Shown here in pieces: positions 1-10,059 of a stretch of DNA of 59,528 nt. Origin of the DNA: a virus. Its lineage: Duplodnaviria > Caudoviricetes. How positions within the stretch are numbered: the first letter of the stretch is position 1; each line of letters opens with the position of its first letter. The DNA lies in the IMG/VR virus record IMGVR_UViG_3300037780_000215, positions 1 through 59,528 of that record; one strand, written 5' to 3'. The notes beneath the pieces were generated by a model. It had not been told where the DNA came from, ran no database searches, and saw only the letters and a program-made list of their open reading frames with translations. Made by a program: the position numbers and the translations under genes.

Positions 1-561
1 CTACGAATAAGCCCGGCGCAGCCATCCGGTCTGGAAGGCGGCGAACTTGGCATTTCCAGCGATCAGCGAGCGGTAGAAGCCCGCCGCTTCAGAGCGCAGC
101 GCAGCGCGCAAAGCGAAGGGTCCGAGATCCGCTTCGATACGCTGAACTGTGCGCACCGTGATCGGCCCGATGATGCCGTCATCCGTGATATTCTGGCTGC
201 AGGCCCTGCATGCCCGCTGAAGCAGCTTGACGGCCTGGCGCGGCCCCATGTTCACGGCAAGGTCGAATACCTTGATGGCGATGGTCTCATGGAAGCGATC
301 CCAGCCGTGCGGGTCCCAGAAGCGGGCGCGATACGCGGCGATGGCATCCTCGCGCGTCAGCGCCCGGATATCGTCCGCATCAATGTCGCCGTCGCCGTCA
401 TAGTCGTAGAGCGCTGCATCGAGACGCCCCGCCTCGATTTCCGCTTTCAAAAAACGCAATGAGACGCCGAAATTCGTGGCGCCTCCCGGATCGGACGGGT
501 GATCTACAAACCCACCCTCATGATCGAGGACGACTTCAATTGCCCGGTCGAATGCGGTCAT
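1..561 (-). CDS. Endolysin, glycoside hydrolase family 108 with C-terminal peptidoglycan-binding domain
   Basis: HEGGFVDHPSDPGGATNFGV motif, FDLAVNMG, DDGIIGPIT, C-terminal GWLRR. Confidence 0.92.
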   Translation of the reverse strand: MTAFDRAIEVVLDHEGGFVDHPSDPGGATNFGVSLRFLKAEIEAGRLDAALYDYDGDGDIDADDIRALTREDAIAAYRARFWDPHGWDRFHETIAIKVFDLAVNMGPRQAVKLLQRACRACSQNITDDGIIGPITVRTVQRIEADLGPFALRAALRSEAAGFYRSLIAGNAKFAAFQTGWLRRAYS

Positions 562-896
562 TGCGGATTCCTCCGATCCGCCCGGCGGTCCTCTCGAAGC
601 TCGCTGATGGCCTCCATGATCCGCCCCTCCATCCGGTCCATGTCGTCTCTGGTCGCGACCTGGGCACGAATAGTGGTTATGGCCTGTGTGTTGGCTTCAA
701 TCTGTCGTGTGTGCCGGGACAGCTCGTTGGCCTGGACGGCCTGATTGGCGTTGGTGTCCCAGAGAAACATGTAGGCCCCGACGATTGCGGGAACCATCAA
801 TGCGGCGATCACCCCGCCGAAAGCCGCGGTGGCGCGCGCGATAAAGATAAGCCAAGCACTGTCGGCCCATTTGCGGATTTGCTGCTCGTTTGGCAT
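558..896 (-). CDS. Putative holin/lysis membrane protein (TM segment plus coiled coil)
   Basis: Hydrophobic stretch AAFGGVIAALMVPAIVGAYMFLW; 4-bp overlap with endolysin start; GAGG RBS before ATG at 896. Confidence 0.55.
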   Translation of the reverse strand: MPNEQQIRKWADSAWLIFIARATAAFGGVIAALMVPAIVGAYMFLWDTNANQAVQANELSRHTRQIEANTQAITTIRAQVATRDDMDRMEGRIMEAISELREDRRADRRNPQ

Positions 897-923
897 TGGC
901 TTCCTCTTCGATCGGGCGGGCAC

Positions 924-946
924 AAAAAAGCCCGCCTAAGCGGGCT
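924..946 (-). terminator. Intrinsic terminator-like hairpin
   Basis: Minus strand AGCCCGC-TTAG-GCGGGCT followed by a T run. Confidence 0.6.
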
Positions 947-973
947 GGGAACACGACGATTGGGCGGTCGGGT

Positions 974-1342
974 CTATTCCGGCGGCAGTCCTGCGGCGAC
1001 GCGGTCGGCCCTCGCTTGCGTTAGCACTCCCCAGATATGGAGCGCGTAGATACCGGCCTGTGTTGCCGGATCGCTCAGTTCGATTCCTGGCGGTAAGTGG
1101 AAGTCCCGCCATGACCGCAACTGCTGACGCTGTGTCTCTGTCGCCGTACCGCCCGCAACAGCGCCACGAGCCTGCTCGACCATCTCCATCCACGTGTCCG
1201 CCTCGTCATCGGTGAGGAGGAGCCGGAACTGATATTGCGACAATGCGTCAGCCCCAACCGCCCTGGCGGTCTGGTCGATGCGCGCCTCGGCCGCAGCAAG
1301 CCGGGTAGATATGCCGGCGATCTGGTCAGTAAGAGTAGCCAT
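974..1342 (-). CDS. Hypothetical tail-fibre-associated protein
   Basis: GGAG RBS; directly downstream of the fibre genes; helical composition. Confidence 0.6.
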   Translation of the reverse strand: MATLTDQIAGISTRLAAAEARIDQTARAVGADALSQYQFRLLLTDDEADTWMEMVEQARGAVAGGTATETQRQQLRSWRDFHLPPGIELSDPATQAGIYALHIWGVLTQARADRVAAGLPPE

Positions 1343-1356
1343 GCCTTCTTGTCTCC

Positions 1357-2487
1357 TTACGGCGCGACCAATACCGAGCCCTCAGACGTACCGGTATATT
1401 GGTAAATAGTGTCGTTGGTGCTCCCGAGCGCGTACATATTCTCGCCATCACTGCCTAGCGCGAGGCCTCGCGGAACGGTCTCCTCCCCCGTCACACTGAA
1501 CGATTTTGAGGCGTAGGATGCGGTCGATGCATCGAACGGTGTGGAGAGGGTGTATTGGTAGACGGTGTCGTTGGTATTGCCGACCACGTACATAGCCGTG
1601 CCGTCTTCGCTAAGCGCTAAATCTGTCGGGCTTGGTTCCTCCCCTCCCACACCGAACGATTTTGACGCGTAGGATGCGGTCGAAACATCGAACGGTGTAG
1701 AGAGGGTGTATTGGTAGATGGTGTCGTTGGTATTGCCGACCACGTACATAGCCGTGCCGTCACGACTGAGCGCAATGCCTTGTGCAAGCGTTTCCCCCTC
1801 CCCTGTCACACTGAACGATTTTGACGCGTAGGATGCGGTCGAAACATCGAACGGTGTAGAGAGGGTGTATTGGTAGACGGTGTTGTTGTTGATACCGACT
1901 GTGTACATAGTCGTGCCGTCTTCGCTAAACACGATACATCGCGGATCGGCTTCCTCCCCCGCCACACTGAACGATTTTGACGCGTAGGATGCGGTCGAAA
2001 CATCGAACGGTGTAGAGAGGGTGTATTGGTAGACGGTGGCGTTGGCACTGCCGACCACGTACATAGTCGTGCCGTCACGACTGAGCGCAACGCCTTGTGG
2101 CGTGCCCTCCTCCCCCGCCACACTGAACGATTTTGACGCGTAGGATGCGGTCGATGCATCAATGCCAGAGCTTATGAAGTGTTTGGACAATTCAGCACTG
2201 GCAAGTCCCTGGGCCGTTAGGTACGCCGATGCATTCGTGTAGTCACGTAACGCCTCATTGCTTGCGAACGTCGTGCTGTCGGTTGCGTCATCAAACGCCA
2301 GCGTGGTGGTTTTTTTAGCGAGCTCCACGCCTTCGAGATTGAACACCAACGCATCGAACACGTTTCGGCGATCCGCCATCTTCCACGCACCCTCCGTCGA
2401 GGCCGTGCTGATCTGGTCCAGGACCATCTGCGCAGCGACAGCGTCGTAGTAGCCGCCAACTATTGACGACAGATTTATATCAGTCAT
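1357..2487 (-). CDS. Beta-propeller repeat protein (putative receptor-binding/tail accessory protein)
   Basis: Five ~52-aa repeats ASYASKSFSV.GEE..P.G.ALS.DGT.MYVVG..N.TVYQYTLSTPFD. Confidence 0.8.
   Translation of the reverse strand: MTDINLSSIVGGYYDAVAAQMVLDQISTASTEGAWKMADRRNVFDALVFNLEGVELAKKTTTLAFDDATDSTTFASNEALRDYTNASAYLTAQGLASAELSKHFISSGIDASTASYASKSFSVAGEEGTPQGVALSRDGTTMYVVGSANATVYQYTLSTPFDVSTASYASKSFSVAGEEADPRCIVFSEDGTTMYTVGINNNTVYQYTLSTPFDVSTASYASKSFSVTGEGETLAQGIALSRDGTAMYVVGNTNDTIYQYTLSTPFDVSTASYASKSFGVGGEEPSPTDLALSEDGTAMYVVGNTNDTVYQYTLSTPFDASTASYASKSFSVTGEETVPRGLALGSDGENMYALGSTNDTIYQYTGTSEGSVLVAP
1400..2160. repeat. Five near-identical 156-159 bp tandem coding repeats
   Basis: cgattttga(c/g)gcgtaggatgcggtcga recurs at ~1501, 1657, 1816, 1972, 2128. 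Confidence 0.9.
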
Positions 2488-5022
2488 TTACATAATCTCC
2501 ACTGCGGTGGTGGTGTCTGCTTGCAAGTGCGCTGTCTCGCCATTTGCTATGAGTAGATCGCCGCCAATGGGGTCGCCCTCGTATCGAATGTCGTGCGTAC
2601 CCGCCGTGATACGAACAGAGCCCCCACGGGCCTTGACTATAAAACGGTCCCCCACCGTCAGCGTGCCAGGCAGGGCGCGATCTGCCGTGCCACCTGACGC
2701 ATCGACGATGATGCTTTCGCCGGCCACCAGCGTGCCGGAGCCCGTGACGGTCTTGCCGGTGAGGCCACCGCCGATACCGTCTGGTATCTGCGCTATGGGA
2801 ATTTTCGCGCTGCCGTCGAGGGAGGCGACGCCGTTGGCTTGGCCTTTCGTGGACGCCATGACGGCCCCCGCCGCCGAGACGTTTGTGGCGTCGGTTACGT
2901 CTGCGCCCGCCTCAATTCCGGCCAGCTTCGTTTGCTCGGCATCCGTGAAGGCGTTGGTGTCGGCGTTGCTCTCGTACTTGGTTTTGATCGAGGCAGCCGT
3001 CTCGCCGTCCACCGCAACCTTGAACCAGAACCCCGTGCCGCCGGTCTGATCGTCCGGAGCAAGGTCACCGCTAACAGCGGTCGCGTTGTAGAAATAGTCT
3101 GACAGCTCGTCCTCAACATACCGACGCTCTTTATCCGTCAGATCGGCTTCGGCGATTGCCGTGAGCGCCGTAGTGTCCTGTACCGGCGGGCCGTAGTGGG
3201 CCGCATCGATAGATGCGAGCTTGGCTTTCTCGCTGTCTGTATACGCGTTTGTATCGGCGTTGTTCTCGTATGCCGTCTTGACCTCGCTATCGGTCATCCC
3301 GGCGATCGCGGCCGACTTTCCACCGACGCGGCGAATGATGAGGCGGGCTTCTCCCGCGACCCCGTAGAGTGGATCGGCGCCAGAGCCGCGCGTGACGTGG
3401 ACGGTCAGCACCTGTCCGGCCGTCGCGTCGATGGTCTCCTCCATCACGACCGAGCCTTCCCGGTGACCGTCCGCATCGATGACAGGAGTGCCGCGATAGG
3501 TCGAGGTGGCACCGACCCCACCCAGCTCGCCGTGCATGTCGAGTGAGTTGTGCTGACCGACACCCTCGGTCGAGGTGTCGACATACGGCTGCATCACACT
3601 GATGTCGTAGGCACCGGTCTCGACGAAGGTGATTTCCTCGTTGTTCGCACCGCCAACAGTGAAACCGCTGTCTTCCTTGATCGCGGTGTCCCAGCCCAGG
3701 GTAACGCCCGTCGTCAGGTCGGTCGTATCGTCGGTGGACGAGCGCTTGATATACGACATGTAGGCCAGATCGGCGGTCTCGATCTTGGCGTCGAGGGCCG
3801 TCTGCAAGCCGGTGACGGTCGAAATCGCCTGGGTGCCGGTGTGCGTGGAGCGATCCCGCAGCTGGGCGTCCGTGGCGTTCTTCGTGGCTTCCGCCTCGAT
3901 AGCCGCTAATTTGGCTTTCTCGCTGTCTGTATACGCGTTTGTATCGGCTTCCGCCTCATATGCTGCCTTGATTTCCGCGCCGGTCTGGTCTGCGGTAGCG
4001 CCGCTCTCGATACCGTCCAGCTTCGTGCCGTCTACGGACACGTCCCGGCCGTCCACATTGCCGCCGCTGATCGTGACCCCGCCAATCGTGGCGCTGGAGA
4101 GCGTTGCGACGCCGCCGGTGATGTTGACGTTGCTGGCCTCCTGAAAGGCCATGGAGCCCAACTCTTCGGCAGTCAGAGAGGTATTCAGCCAGATGGCCGC
4201 ACCAAGGCCGGCATCGACGCACACATAGCTTTCGTCCGTGGTCGTGTTCAGCCAGCGCGAGCCCTCCGAATATCCGTCACCGCTATCGTCATTCACGGTC
4301 GGATCGGAGGTCGCCGCGAAATTGTTCTTGGCCGACCGGTTCAGCTTTTCAGCGACCGACGTGGATAGCTTGTCCTCAGTCACGGCATTCGCGTCGATAT
4401 CGGCCGTAGCGACCGTATTCTTGCCTGCCATATCGCCAGAGTCAGAGACTTGGGACAGCGTGACGGTCAGAGCGGCTTCGTGCTGCGTTACATTGGCCTC
4501 GGCAATGCGGGCGTCCGCGAACGTGCCGGACGTCACTTTGCTCGCCGGGAGGTCCGGGATTTGGACCAGAGGGACCAACGTACTGGCGTCCAGCTCTGCC
4601 AGTCCGTTTGCCAGCCCCTTCAAGCTCGTTTCCAGCTTGTTCGACAGTGCCGTGACCAAGCCCGTCACCTGAGACTGAGCCAGTGTCAGGGCCGCCTCAT
4701 GCTGCGTCACATTAGTTTCGGCGATCCGCGCGTCGTCGAACGTGCCAGACGTGACATCATCTGCGGAATGAACGTGCGCGCTCGGCGTGAACGTTGACGG
4801 CTTGCCGGTGATGTTGTTCCAGCTGATCTGGATCAGTGCCGACACGAGCTCAGAAACGTCGAACCCGGCCCCGTCAGCGATGATCCGGTTTGCCGCCGCC
4901 AGCTCGTCCGCGTCCGTACTCTCGAAGCGATGAATCTGGCCGTCCTCATAGATCTCAACCGGATTCACATCGTCGTCCTCGTAAGGCGCGGACTTCGGGA
5001 TGAAGATGAAAAGGTTTGCCAT
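2488..5022 (-). CDS. Tail fibre protein
   Basis: WNNITGKPSTFTPSAHVHSADDV, KLDGIESGA and KGQANGVASLD fibre motifs; three copies of IK..YE..ADTNA(Y/F)TD.E..KL; acidic and T/A-rich. Confidence 0.85.
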   Translation of the reverse strand: MANLFIFIPKSAPYEDDDVNPVEIYEDGQIHRFESTDADELAAANRIIADGAGFDVSELVSALIQISWNNITGKPSTFTPSAHVHSADDVTSGTFDDARIAETNVTQHEAALTLAQSQVTGLVTALSNKLETSLKGLANGLAELDASTLVPLVQIPDLPASKVTSGTFADARIAEANVTQHEAALTVTLSQVSDSGDMAGKNTVATADIDANAVTEDKLSTSVAEKLNRSAKNNFAATSDPTVNDDSGDGYSEGSRWLNTTTDESYVCVDAGLGAAIWLNTSLTAEELGSMAFQEASNVNITGGVATLSSATIGGVTISGGNVDGRDVSVDGTKLDGIESGATADQTGAEIKAAYEAEADTNAYTDSEKAKLAAIEAEATKNATDAQLRDRSTHTGTQAISTVTGLQTALDAKIETADLAYMSYIKRSSTDDTTDLTTGVTLGWDTAIKEDSGFTVGGANNEEITFVETGAYDISVMQPYVDTSTEGVGQHNSLDMHGELGGVGATSTYRGTPVIDADGHREGSVVMEETIDATAGQVLTVHVTRGSGADPLYGVAGEARLIIRRVGGKSAAIAGMTDSEVKTAYENNADTNAYTDSEKAKLASIDAAHYGPPVQDTTALTAIAEADLTDKERRYVEDELSDYFYNATAVSGDLAPDDQTGGTGFWFKVAVDGETAASIKTKYESNADTNAFTDAEQTKLAGIEAGADVTDATNVSAAGAVMASTKGQANGVASLDGSAKIPIAQIPDGIGGGLTGKTVTGSGTLVAGESIIVDASGGTADRALPGTLTVGDRFIVKARGGSVRITAGTHDIRYEGDPIGGDLLIANGETAHLQADTTTAVEIM

Positions 5023-5035
5023 TCGAGCAGGTCTC

Positions 5036-8000
5036 CTACGGCATTATTGTGTTGCCTGCGTCCCAATCGATAACTGGGATAGCCCCGGCGCCATCGGTTC
5101 CGCCGCTAGTGGTCGTTGAACCGGAAACCGTTTGCTTCACGACGTTGACGAAGGGGCCGTCAATCGCCGCCTCCATGATCGCGTGAACGTCCTGAAGCGC
5201 CTGGTAGGTCTTGATTTTGGCACTGTCGATTGAGCCGAAGACGCATTGCGATCCGCTGGTCTGCGGCGAATAGGCTTCAATGATCAGGCGCAGGGCGATC
5301 TTCTTGAACGGTGAGCCGTTGTAGACCCACGGCTCACCGGTGGTTGGCAATACGAAAACAACCTCCTTTCCGTATTGATTTTCGATCTGATAGTCGTTCC
5401 CGACGCTGGGACCGCCACCGACATTCGATGTCGTCTTGTGGATATGAACCGACTCTTCCCAGGTCGTTGGCGTGTAGGTGACGACCGTATCGTCCGAGCG
5501 CGTCACGCGAAGCTGGATGCGGGACCGGAAGAACAGATATTCATAGCTATTGTACCGGCCGGACATTTCGTAACCGACTTTGGCTGTCAGCTGGGACCCG
5601 GGCTTTACCGGGATCGCCTCGGTATCCACCGTCAGCGTGTCGAAGTGTGAGGTCTGGTCTGTCGTGCTCGCCGTCGACGTACAGAAGTCGTGGTCGTCGA
5701 CATAAGCGGCCGTCCTGGTACCAAGGTGCCCGGTGTCGATAGAGTTCACCTTGACGGAATTGGCTTCCAGCGTGTCCACGACGATGTTCGGCAGGCCGAG
5801 CGTGCCGGTGCCTGTATCAAACGTGAGCCGCTGCTGCCCCTCGATAACAAAGGTGTCGAAGGCGAAGTTGACAGTCGATGTAGAGCCGTCGCTCAACGCC
5901 GTCATGCCGGATATTTTGCCATCGACATCCAGCGTCCAGCCGTATGCTGCCGCGACATTACCCTCAATATCGGATATCGCGGTGGCATTGACCGAGACGG
6001 ACGAAGATAGGCCGTCGAAATCCGCGTTCAGCGAAAGATCGAAGTTCGCGATCGCAGAATCGACCTCAGCCAGCGTCGTGAACTCCAGGCCAGCCTCGGC
6101 TTTTGTGTAGTAGTTGGTCGCAAGGTCGTCTGACAGCGACTGAAACGTCGCGTTTAGGCTGAGGTCGAACGCGGCGATCGCGCTGTCGGTCTCCACCGAC
6201 GTCATGAACAGCAGGTCAGCGGATGCTTCGGTGAGATAGCCCGCACCCTCGATGTCGGTGACGCGGCCGTCGAGCGACTGAAACGTCGCGTTTAGGCTGA
6301 GGTCGAACGCGGCGATCGCGCTGTCGACCTCGCTCTGCGTCAAATAGATGGCGGAAATTTCCGCCTCGGTCAGGTAGGTCCCCTCAACGTCGGATATCCG
6401 CGTGCTTAGACTCGTGGTCTCAGACACACGCGCGGCCTCTTCATCGATGATCGCCTGAACATTCTCGCGATAGCCGGCGCGCCCCCTGCGGGTCTCGGCC
6501 TGCAGCGAATTCTGGCGCTGAGCCATTCCAGCCAGGGTGCGCTCCACCGACGCTATACGGGCGGTGGTCTCGTTCTCCGGGTCTTCGAACGGATCGGCCG
6601 TTTCCTGTCCCGGCAGCGCATAGGCGGCCTTGGGCTGGTGAATCCGCAAGGCGCCAATGCCGGCTTCCGAGGCCGTTGGCACCATTCGGATCGTGACGTG
6701 GGCCGCGCCTTCCGGCGCCTCGACAACCCCGCCGATGCGCCCAGTATCGCCTGCGTAGATGTCCGAGGTCGAAAGCTCGTCGCCAGCGGCATCCCACCAC
6801 ACCGCCTGCAGCGTGACGCTGGACACCGTTCCCGTCACCGACACGTCAGCCGAAGCCTGAACCGCATTGAAACGCTTGACCGGCATCCGCCCAGGCCAGC
6901 GCAGGATTTTGGTATCCTGGAGCCCCGTTTCGCCGAAGGTCCACACCGCTTCCAGACCGCGCGGTGCGCCGGCCATCGGAAGGATCGAGCCCTCAACCGC
7001 GACAAAGCCTGCAGTCCCCGTGCGGAAGAGCGGGTCGTCCAGCCAGTTCCGGAGCGAGTGGTGGGCCGCCGTGGCGCCAAGCCCAGCCAGCCGGGCCGCC
7101 GCATCCGCAAGGGTCTCGTCCGTCTCTTCCAGGCGGTCATTGATCGCGTCTAGTGCGTCCTCGATCAGACCGGACGGGATCGTGGCGTCATTGGCGATGA
7201 AGTCTGTACCGGTGGTGACCGGAGACAGCCCCAGCCGTTCGCCCAGGACGCCTTTGACGTTGCGATAGCGCACGGCCACGTCGTAGGACGTGGCCGGCGC
7301 CAGGCCGCTGATGTCCACCAGGACAGACGTCGGATTTCCGCTTTCCTGCCAGCGCGTCCAGTCTTCATCGCTGGCCTTGCGGTATTCAATCAGGACGGAT
7401 CGGATGAGCGGGTCCGTTGTCCCGCCGGCGACGCGGATGACCGGGATTTTTGACGTCTGATCGTCGTTTTCGGCATAGGCGGCCGTTGCTGACCAGTCCT
7501 CGGAAACCGGAGTTTCGACCTCGGTCGGGTCATAGCGATCGACGCGCCCGAAGGACGGCATGTCCTGCGAAAAGTCGTCCATCGCGCCATACTTGGCGTC
7601 GGTCTCCGTGCGGAGCGTCAGATCGACGGTGCCGTCGGGGCGCAGCGAGCGCTCCAGCACCATCATCTTCTCGTTGACCCCGAGACGGACACTGTTGACG
7701 TTTACGGTCAGGCCCTCGCGCAGGCGAAACGCCTTGGCCTTCCACCGGGCCCGGATCGTGCGGGGCTCCCGCTTATTGGCCAGGTAAAGCCGTCCAAGAC
7801 GATGGGCGCAGTCGCCATCATTGCAGAGCGGCACCGGGTACTCGTCGTCAAGAACCTCGTCGCCGTCTTCCGTGACATAGTCAGGGTCGGAGATGTCCGA
7901 TGTCGTGTTCTGGCGCCAATCCCGGTTCGGGTCCGTGAACGATACCCGCACCGTGTTCACGGCGTCGCGCCAGGCCTGATTGCCGACATACTCGATGCCG

Positions 8001-8998
8001 CCGTCCAGATCGTCGTCTGTCAGCGTGAGCGTTGCCGTAACGGGCGCCGCGGCACGGCAGCGGATCAGGCCGCCAGACGGGTAAATCGCGCCTCCGAAGG
8101 ACGCCGCGAAGCTGTCCAGAACCTCGCGCGGATCGTCGTCGTCGCTGACCCGGCCCCCGGTCTTGAAGCGCGGCTTGCCCTCAATCTCGTATTCGCAGAC
8201 GTCAGCCGCCGCGGCGAAGCTGTCGAGGTCGATCAGATCGACCGGGACGCCGAGCCCCCAGACCCGCTTGCCGTTCTGGTAGATGCCAATCAGATAGTGA
8301 AGCGCCTGCAACGGGCCGCTGTCGGAAAACTCCCAGGTCGTCGGGTCGTCATACCGGTGATCACCGTCGCCCCCGATGGATGTGTCTTTGCGTGGATCGT
8401 AGACCAGCGCGTAGTCGCCAATGAAGAGCGGGACCGGAATGCCGCCGGAATACTTCTCCTGATCGTAGGTCAGCTCCCAGAACGCATCGGAGACGCCGCG
8501 TCCGCGATGGTCTGTCGTCCAGTACGAAGACCCGGCAGCGAGGCCGGTATAGGCCGTCTTGGCATCGGTGCCGTCCTTGAACTCCAGCGACATCACCCCG
8601 TTCCAGGGCGCCGTCGTCACCGAGGTTCCGCTGAGCGATATCTCGGTCTCGTTCATCATCACGGTGTCGACACCGGAGATCAGGCCGATGGACAGGGCGA
8701 GTACCTGACCGAGCTTCTGGTTGCTCGAATAGGTATCCGCGAAGATGCGGTCGCCCGACACCGCGGCGCGGCCATACACGCACTTGCGCGGCATGAAGGC
8801 GTCGACACCGATGCCGATGTTCCGGCCGGGGTCGGCCACGGCGCCTCTCGGCTTGCGGCCCGACGCGATGAGCCCAGACGCCAGCGATGTCGTCGTCATC
8901 AGGACGGTGCCCCAAGAGACACCGATCCCGGCAATCGTGAAGGCGGTCGAACCGAGGAATCCGGCGACGGCACCGACTGCCGCTGCAACAGGTGGCAT
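5036..8998 (-). CDS. Tail tip / host-specificity protein (lambda J-like, with FN3-like domain)
   Basis: PRKCVYGRAAVSG, YDPRKD...DDPTTWEFSD, FN3-like ISGLAPATSYDVAVRYRN, C-terminal LDVDGKISGM; TGATG coupling to the upstream gene. Confidence 0.85.
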   Translation of the reverse strand: MPPVAAAVGAVAGFLGSTAFTIAGIGVSWGTVLMTTTSLASGLIASGRKPRGAVADPGRNIGIGVDAFMPRKCVYGRAAVSGDRIFADTYSSNQKLGQVLALSIGLISGVDTVMMNETEISLSGTSVTTAPWNGVMSLEFKDGTDAKTAYTGLAAGSSYWTTDHRGRGVSDAFWELTYDQEKYSGGIPVPLFIGDYALVYDPRKDTSIGGDGDHRYDDPTTWEFSDSGPLQALHYLIGIYQNGKRVWGLGVPVDLIDLDSFAAAADVCEYEIEGKPRFKTGGRVSDDDDPREVLDSFAASFGGAIYPSGGLIRCRAAAPVTATLTLTDDDLDGGIEYVGNQAWRDAVNTVRVSFTDPNRDWRQNTTSDISDPDYVTEDGDEVLDDEYPVPLCNDGDCAHRLGRLYLANKREPRTIRARWKAKAFRLREGLTVNVNSVRLGVNEKMMVLERSLRPDGTVDLTLRTETDAKYGAMDDFSQDMPSFGRVDRYDPTEVETPVSEDWSATAAYAENDDQTSKIPVIRVAGGTTDPLIRSVLIEYRKASDEDWTRWQESGNPTSVLVDISGLAPATSYDVAVRYRNVKGVLGERLGLSPVTTGTDFIANDATIPSGLIEDALDAINDRLEETDETLADAAARLAGLGATAAHHSLRNWLDDPLFRTGTAGFVAVEGSILPMAGAPRGLEAVWTFGETGLQDTKILRWPGRMPVKRFNAVQASADVSVTGTVSSVTLQAVWWDAAGDELSTSDIYAGDTGRIGGVVEAPEGAAHVTIRMVPTASEAGIGALRIHQPKAAYALPGQETADPFEDPENETTARIASVERTLAGMAQRQNSLQAETRRGRAGYRENVQAIIDEEAARVSETTSLSTRISDVEGTYLTEAEISAIYLTQSEVDSAIAAFDLSLNATFQSLDGRVTDIEGAGYLTEASADLLFMTSVETDSAIAAFDLSLNATFQSLSDDLATNYYTKAEAGLEFTTLAEVDSAIANFDLSLNADFDGLSSSVSVNATAISDIEGNVAAAYGWTLDVDGKISGMTALSDGSTSTVNFAFDTFVIEGQQRLTFDTGTGTLGLPNIVVDTLEANSVKVNSIDTGHLGTRTAAYVDDHDFCTSTASTTDQTSHFDTLTVDTEAIPVKPGSQLTAKVGYEMSGRYNSYEYLFFRSRIQLRVTRSDDTVVTYTPTTWEESVHIHKTTSNVGGGPSVGNDYQIENQYGKEVVFVLPTTGEPWVYNGSPFKKIALRLIIEAYSPQTSGSQCVFGSIDSAKIKTYQALQDVHAIMEAAIDGPFVNVVKQTVSGSTTTSGGTDGAGAIPVIDWDAGNTIMP
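6135..6326. repeat. 54-bp exact direct repeat (6135-6188 and 6273-6326) in the tail tip gene
   Basis: agcgactgaaacgtcgcgtttaggctgaggtcgaacgcggcgatcgcgctgtcg occurs twice; encodes DSAIAAFDLSLNATFQS. Confidence 0.85.
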
Positions 8999-9396
8999 CA
9001 GACACTCCAAGCTTTCAGGGCGAAACGGCGGGGCATTTCGATGACGCCGCCGCGCGGGCCAAGGGCATGCACGCAGGCATTTCCGACGATCCCACAGGCC
9101 GGCCAGCCATCACGGCCGGAGGGCAGAATGGCCAGATCGCCGACAATGGTTTGAAGGGGCGCGACCGGCCGGAAATACCGATCCGCTAGATCAGCCATGG
9201 ACTTCGCGCCCAGCGTCTTCAGCGCGCGCTTGGCGCCGGCCAGCGTCGTCCGGCCGGGAATCGTGAGCGGGACGTCCCATCCGATCCGGGCCAGATGCGC
9301 GCACCAAAAAGCCCCGCAATCGCTTGCGGGGCCGTACTCGAAGGGTCTGGATTGAAATTCCAGCACGGTCTGTTCGACCGCTCGCCAACGCTCCAT
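8998..9396 (-). CDS. NlpC/P60-like tail assembly protein (DUF6950-like)
   Basis: RPFEYGPASDCG motif and GDLAIL; position between hub and tip genes. Confidence 0.7.
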   Translation of the reverse strand: MERWRAVEQTVLEFQSRPFEYGPASDCGAFWCAHLARIGWDVPLTIPGRTTLAGAKRALKTLGAKSMADLADRYFRPVAPLQTIVGDLAILPSGRDGWPACGIVGNACVHALGPRGGVIEMPRRFALKAWSV

Positions 9397-9405
9397 AGCA
9401 ACAGC

Positions 9406-10059
9406 CTAGTAGAGGTTGAAGTCGGGGCCGCCGGGGCGGCTGCCGCCGCCGCCGCCGCCGCCCGTATAAGCGCCGCCACCGCCACCGCGGCGCGGGTCGA
9501 TGCCGTCCTCGTCCCCCCAGGGGAAGTCGAGATATCCATCATCGGTGTACTGGCAGTAGAGGTCCCCGGACCAAACGCCCTCCTGCTGCGCAGGAATCCA
9601 GCGGCCGGTCGATTTGCGCATCGCCCACTCAAGGGCCCCGATGCACTGGACCTCAGCACCGATGGTCCCGTCCTTGTCCGAAATCCGGATCGTGGGCTGA
9701 TCGACGCGGCCGGTAAAAATGATGTCCGGGTCCGCGGCGGGCTGGCCGGTCTCCCGGTCGAGCAGGTTGAAATACGCCGTGATCTGGGAGCCGCGGACCA
9801 GATAGTCCTGCAGCTCATCCATCAGGTTCGGATCCAACCCGGTGAGCTCGCAGGTGAATTGCGGCGACACCGATTGCATCGATCCCTCGACCGTCCCGAC
9901 CGAACCAAGCTCGCCGACACCGGTCCAGGTCTGGCCGAGCATGATGATGTCTCCGACCCCGGTCCAGAACCGGGCAGTATAGCCCGGAAGGTCGATCCGC
10001 ACGGCGTTGAACGGGCAATAGACCGGTTGTTCAAGATCGTTCTGAGCAAGTGCAGCCAT
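9406..10059 (-). CDS. Minor tail / baseplate hub protein
   Basis: RFWTGVGDI...GQTWTGVGELGSV and IFTGRVD motifs; position in tail tip module. Confidence 0.7.
   Translation of the reverse strand: MAALAQNDLEQPVYCPFNAVRIDLPGYTARFWTGVGDIIMLGQTWTGVGELGSVGTVEGSMQSVSPQFTCELTGLDPNLMDELQDYLVRGSQITAYFNLLDRETGQPAADPDIIFTGRVDQPTIRISDKDGTIGAEVQCIGALEWAMRKSTGRWIPAQQEGVWSGDLYCQYTDDGYLDFPWGDEDGIDPRRGGGGGAYTGGGGGGGSRPGGPDFNLY

Noticed and set aside
360-410. EF-hand-like DYDGDGDIDADD loop in the endolysin as a novelty
   Set aside because: A similar acidic loop is common in GH108 lysozymes.
1400-2160. Diversity-generating retroelement (TR/VR) or CRISPR array
   Set aside because: The repeats are in-frame coding units with differences at all base types. 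There is no reverse transcriptase, no cas gene and no repeat-spacer structure.
9440-9490. GCC trinucleotide run
   Set aside because: Encodes a poly-Gly tail of a tail protein; in frame, with no regulatory evidence.
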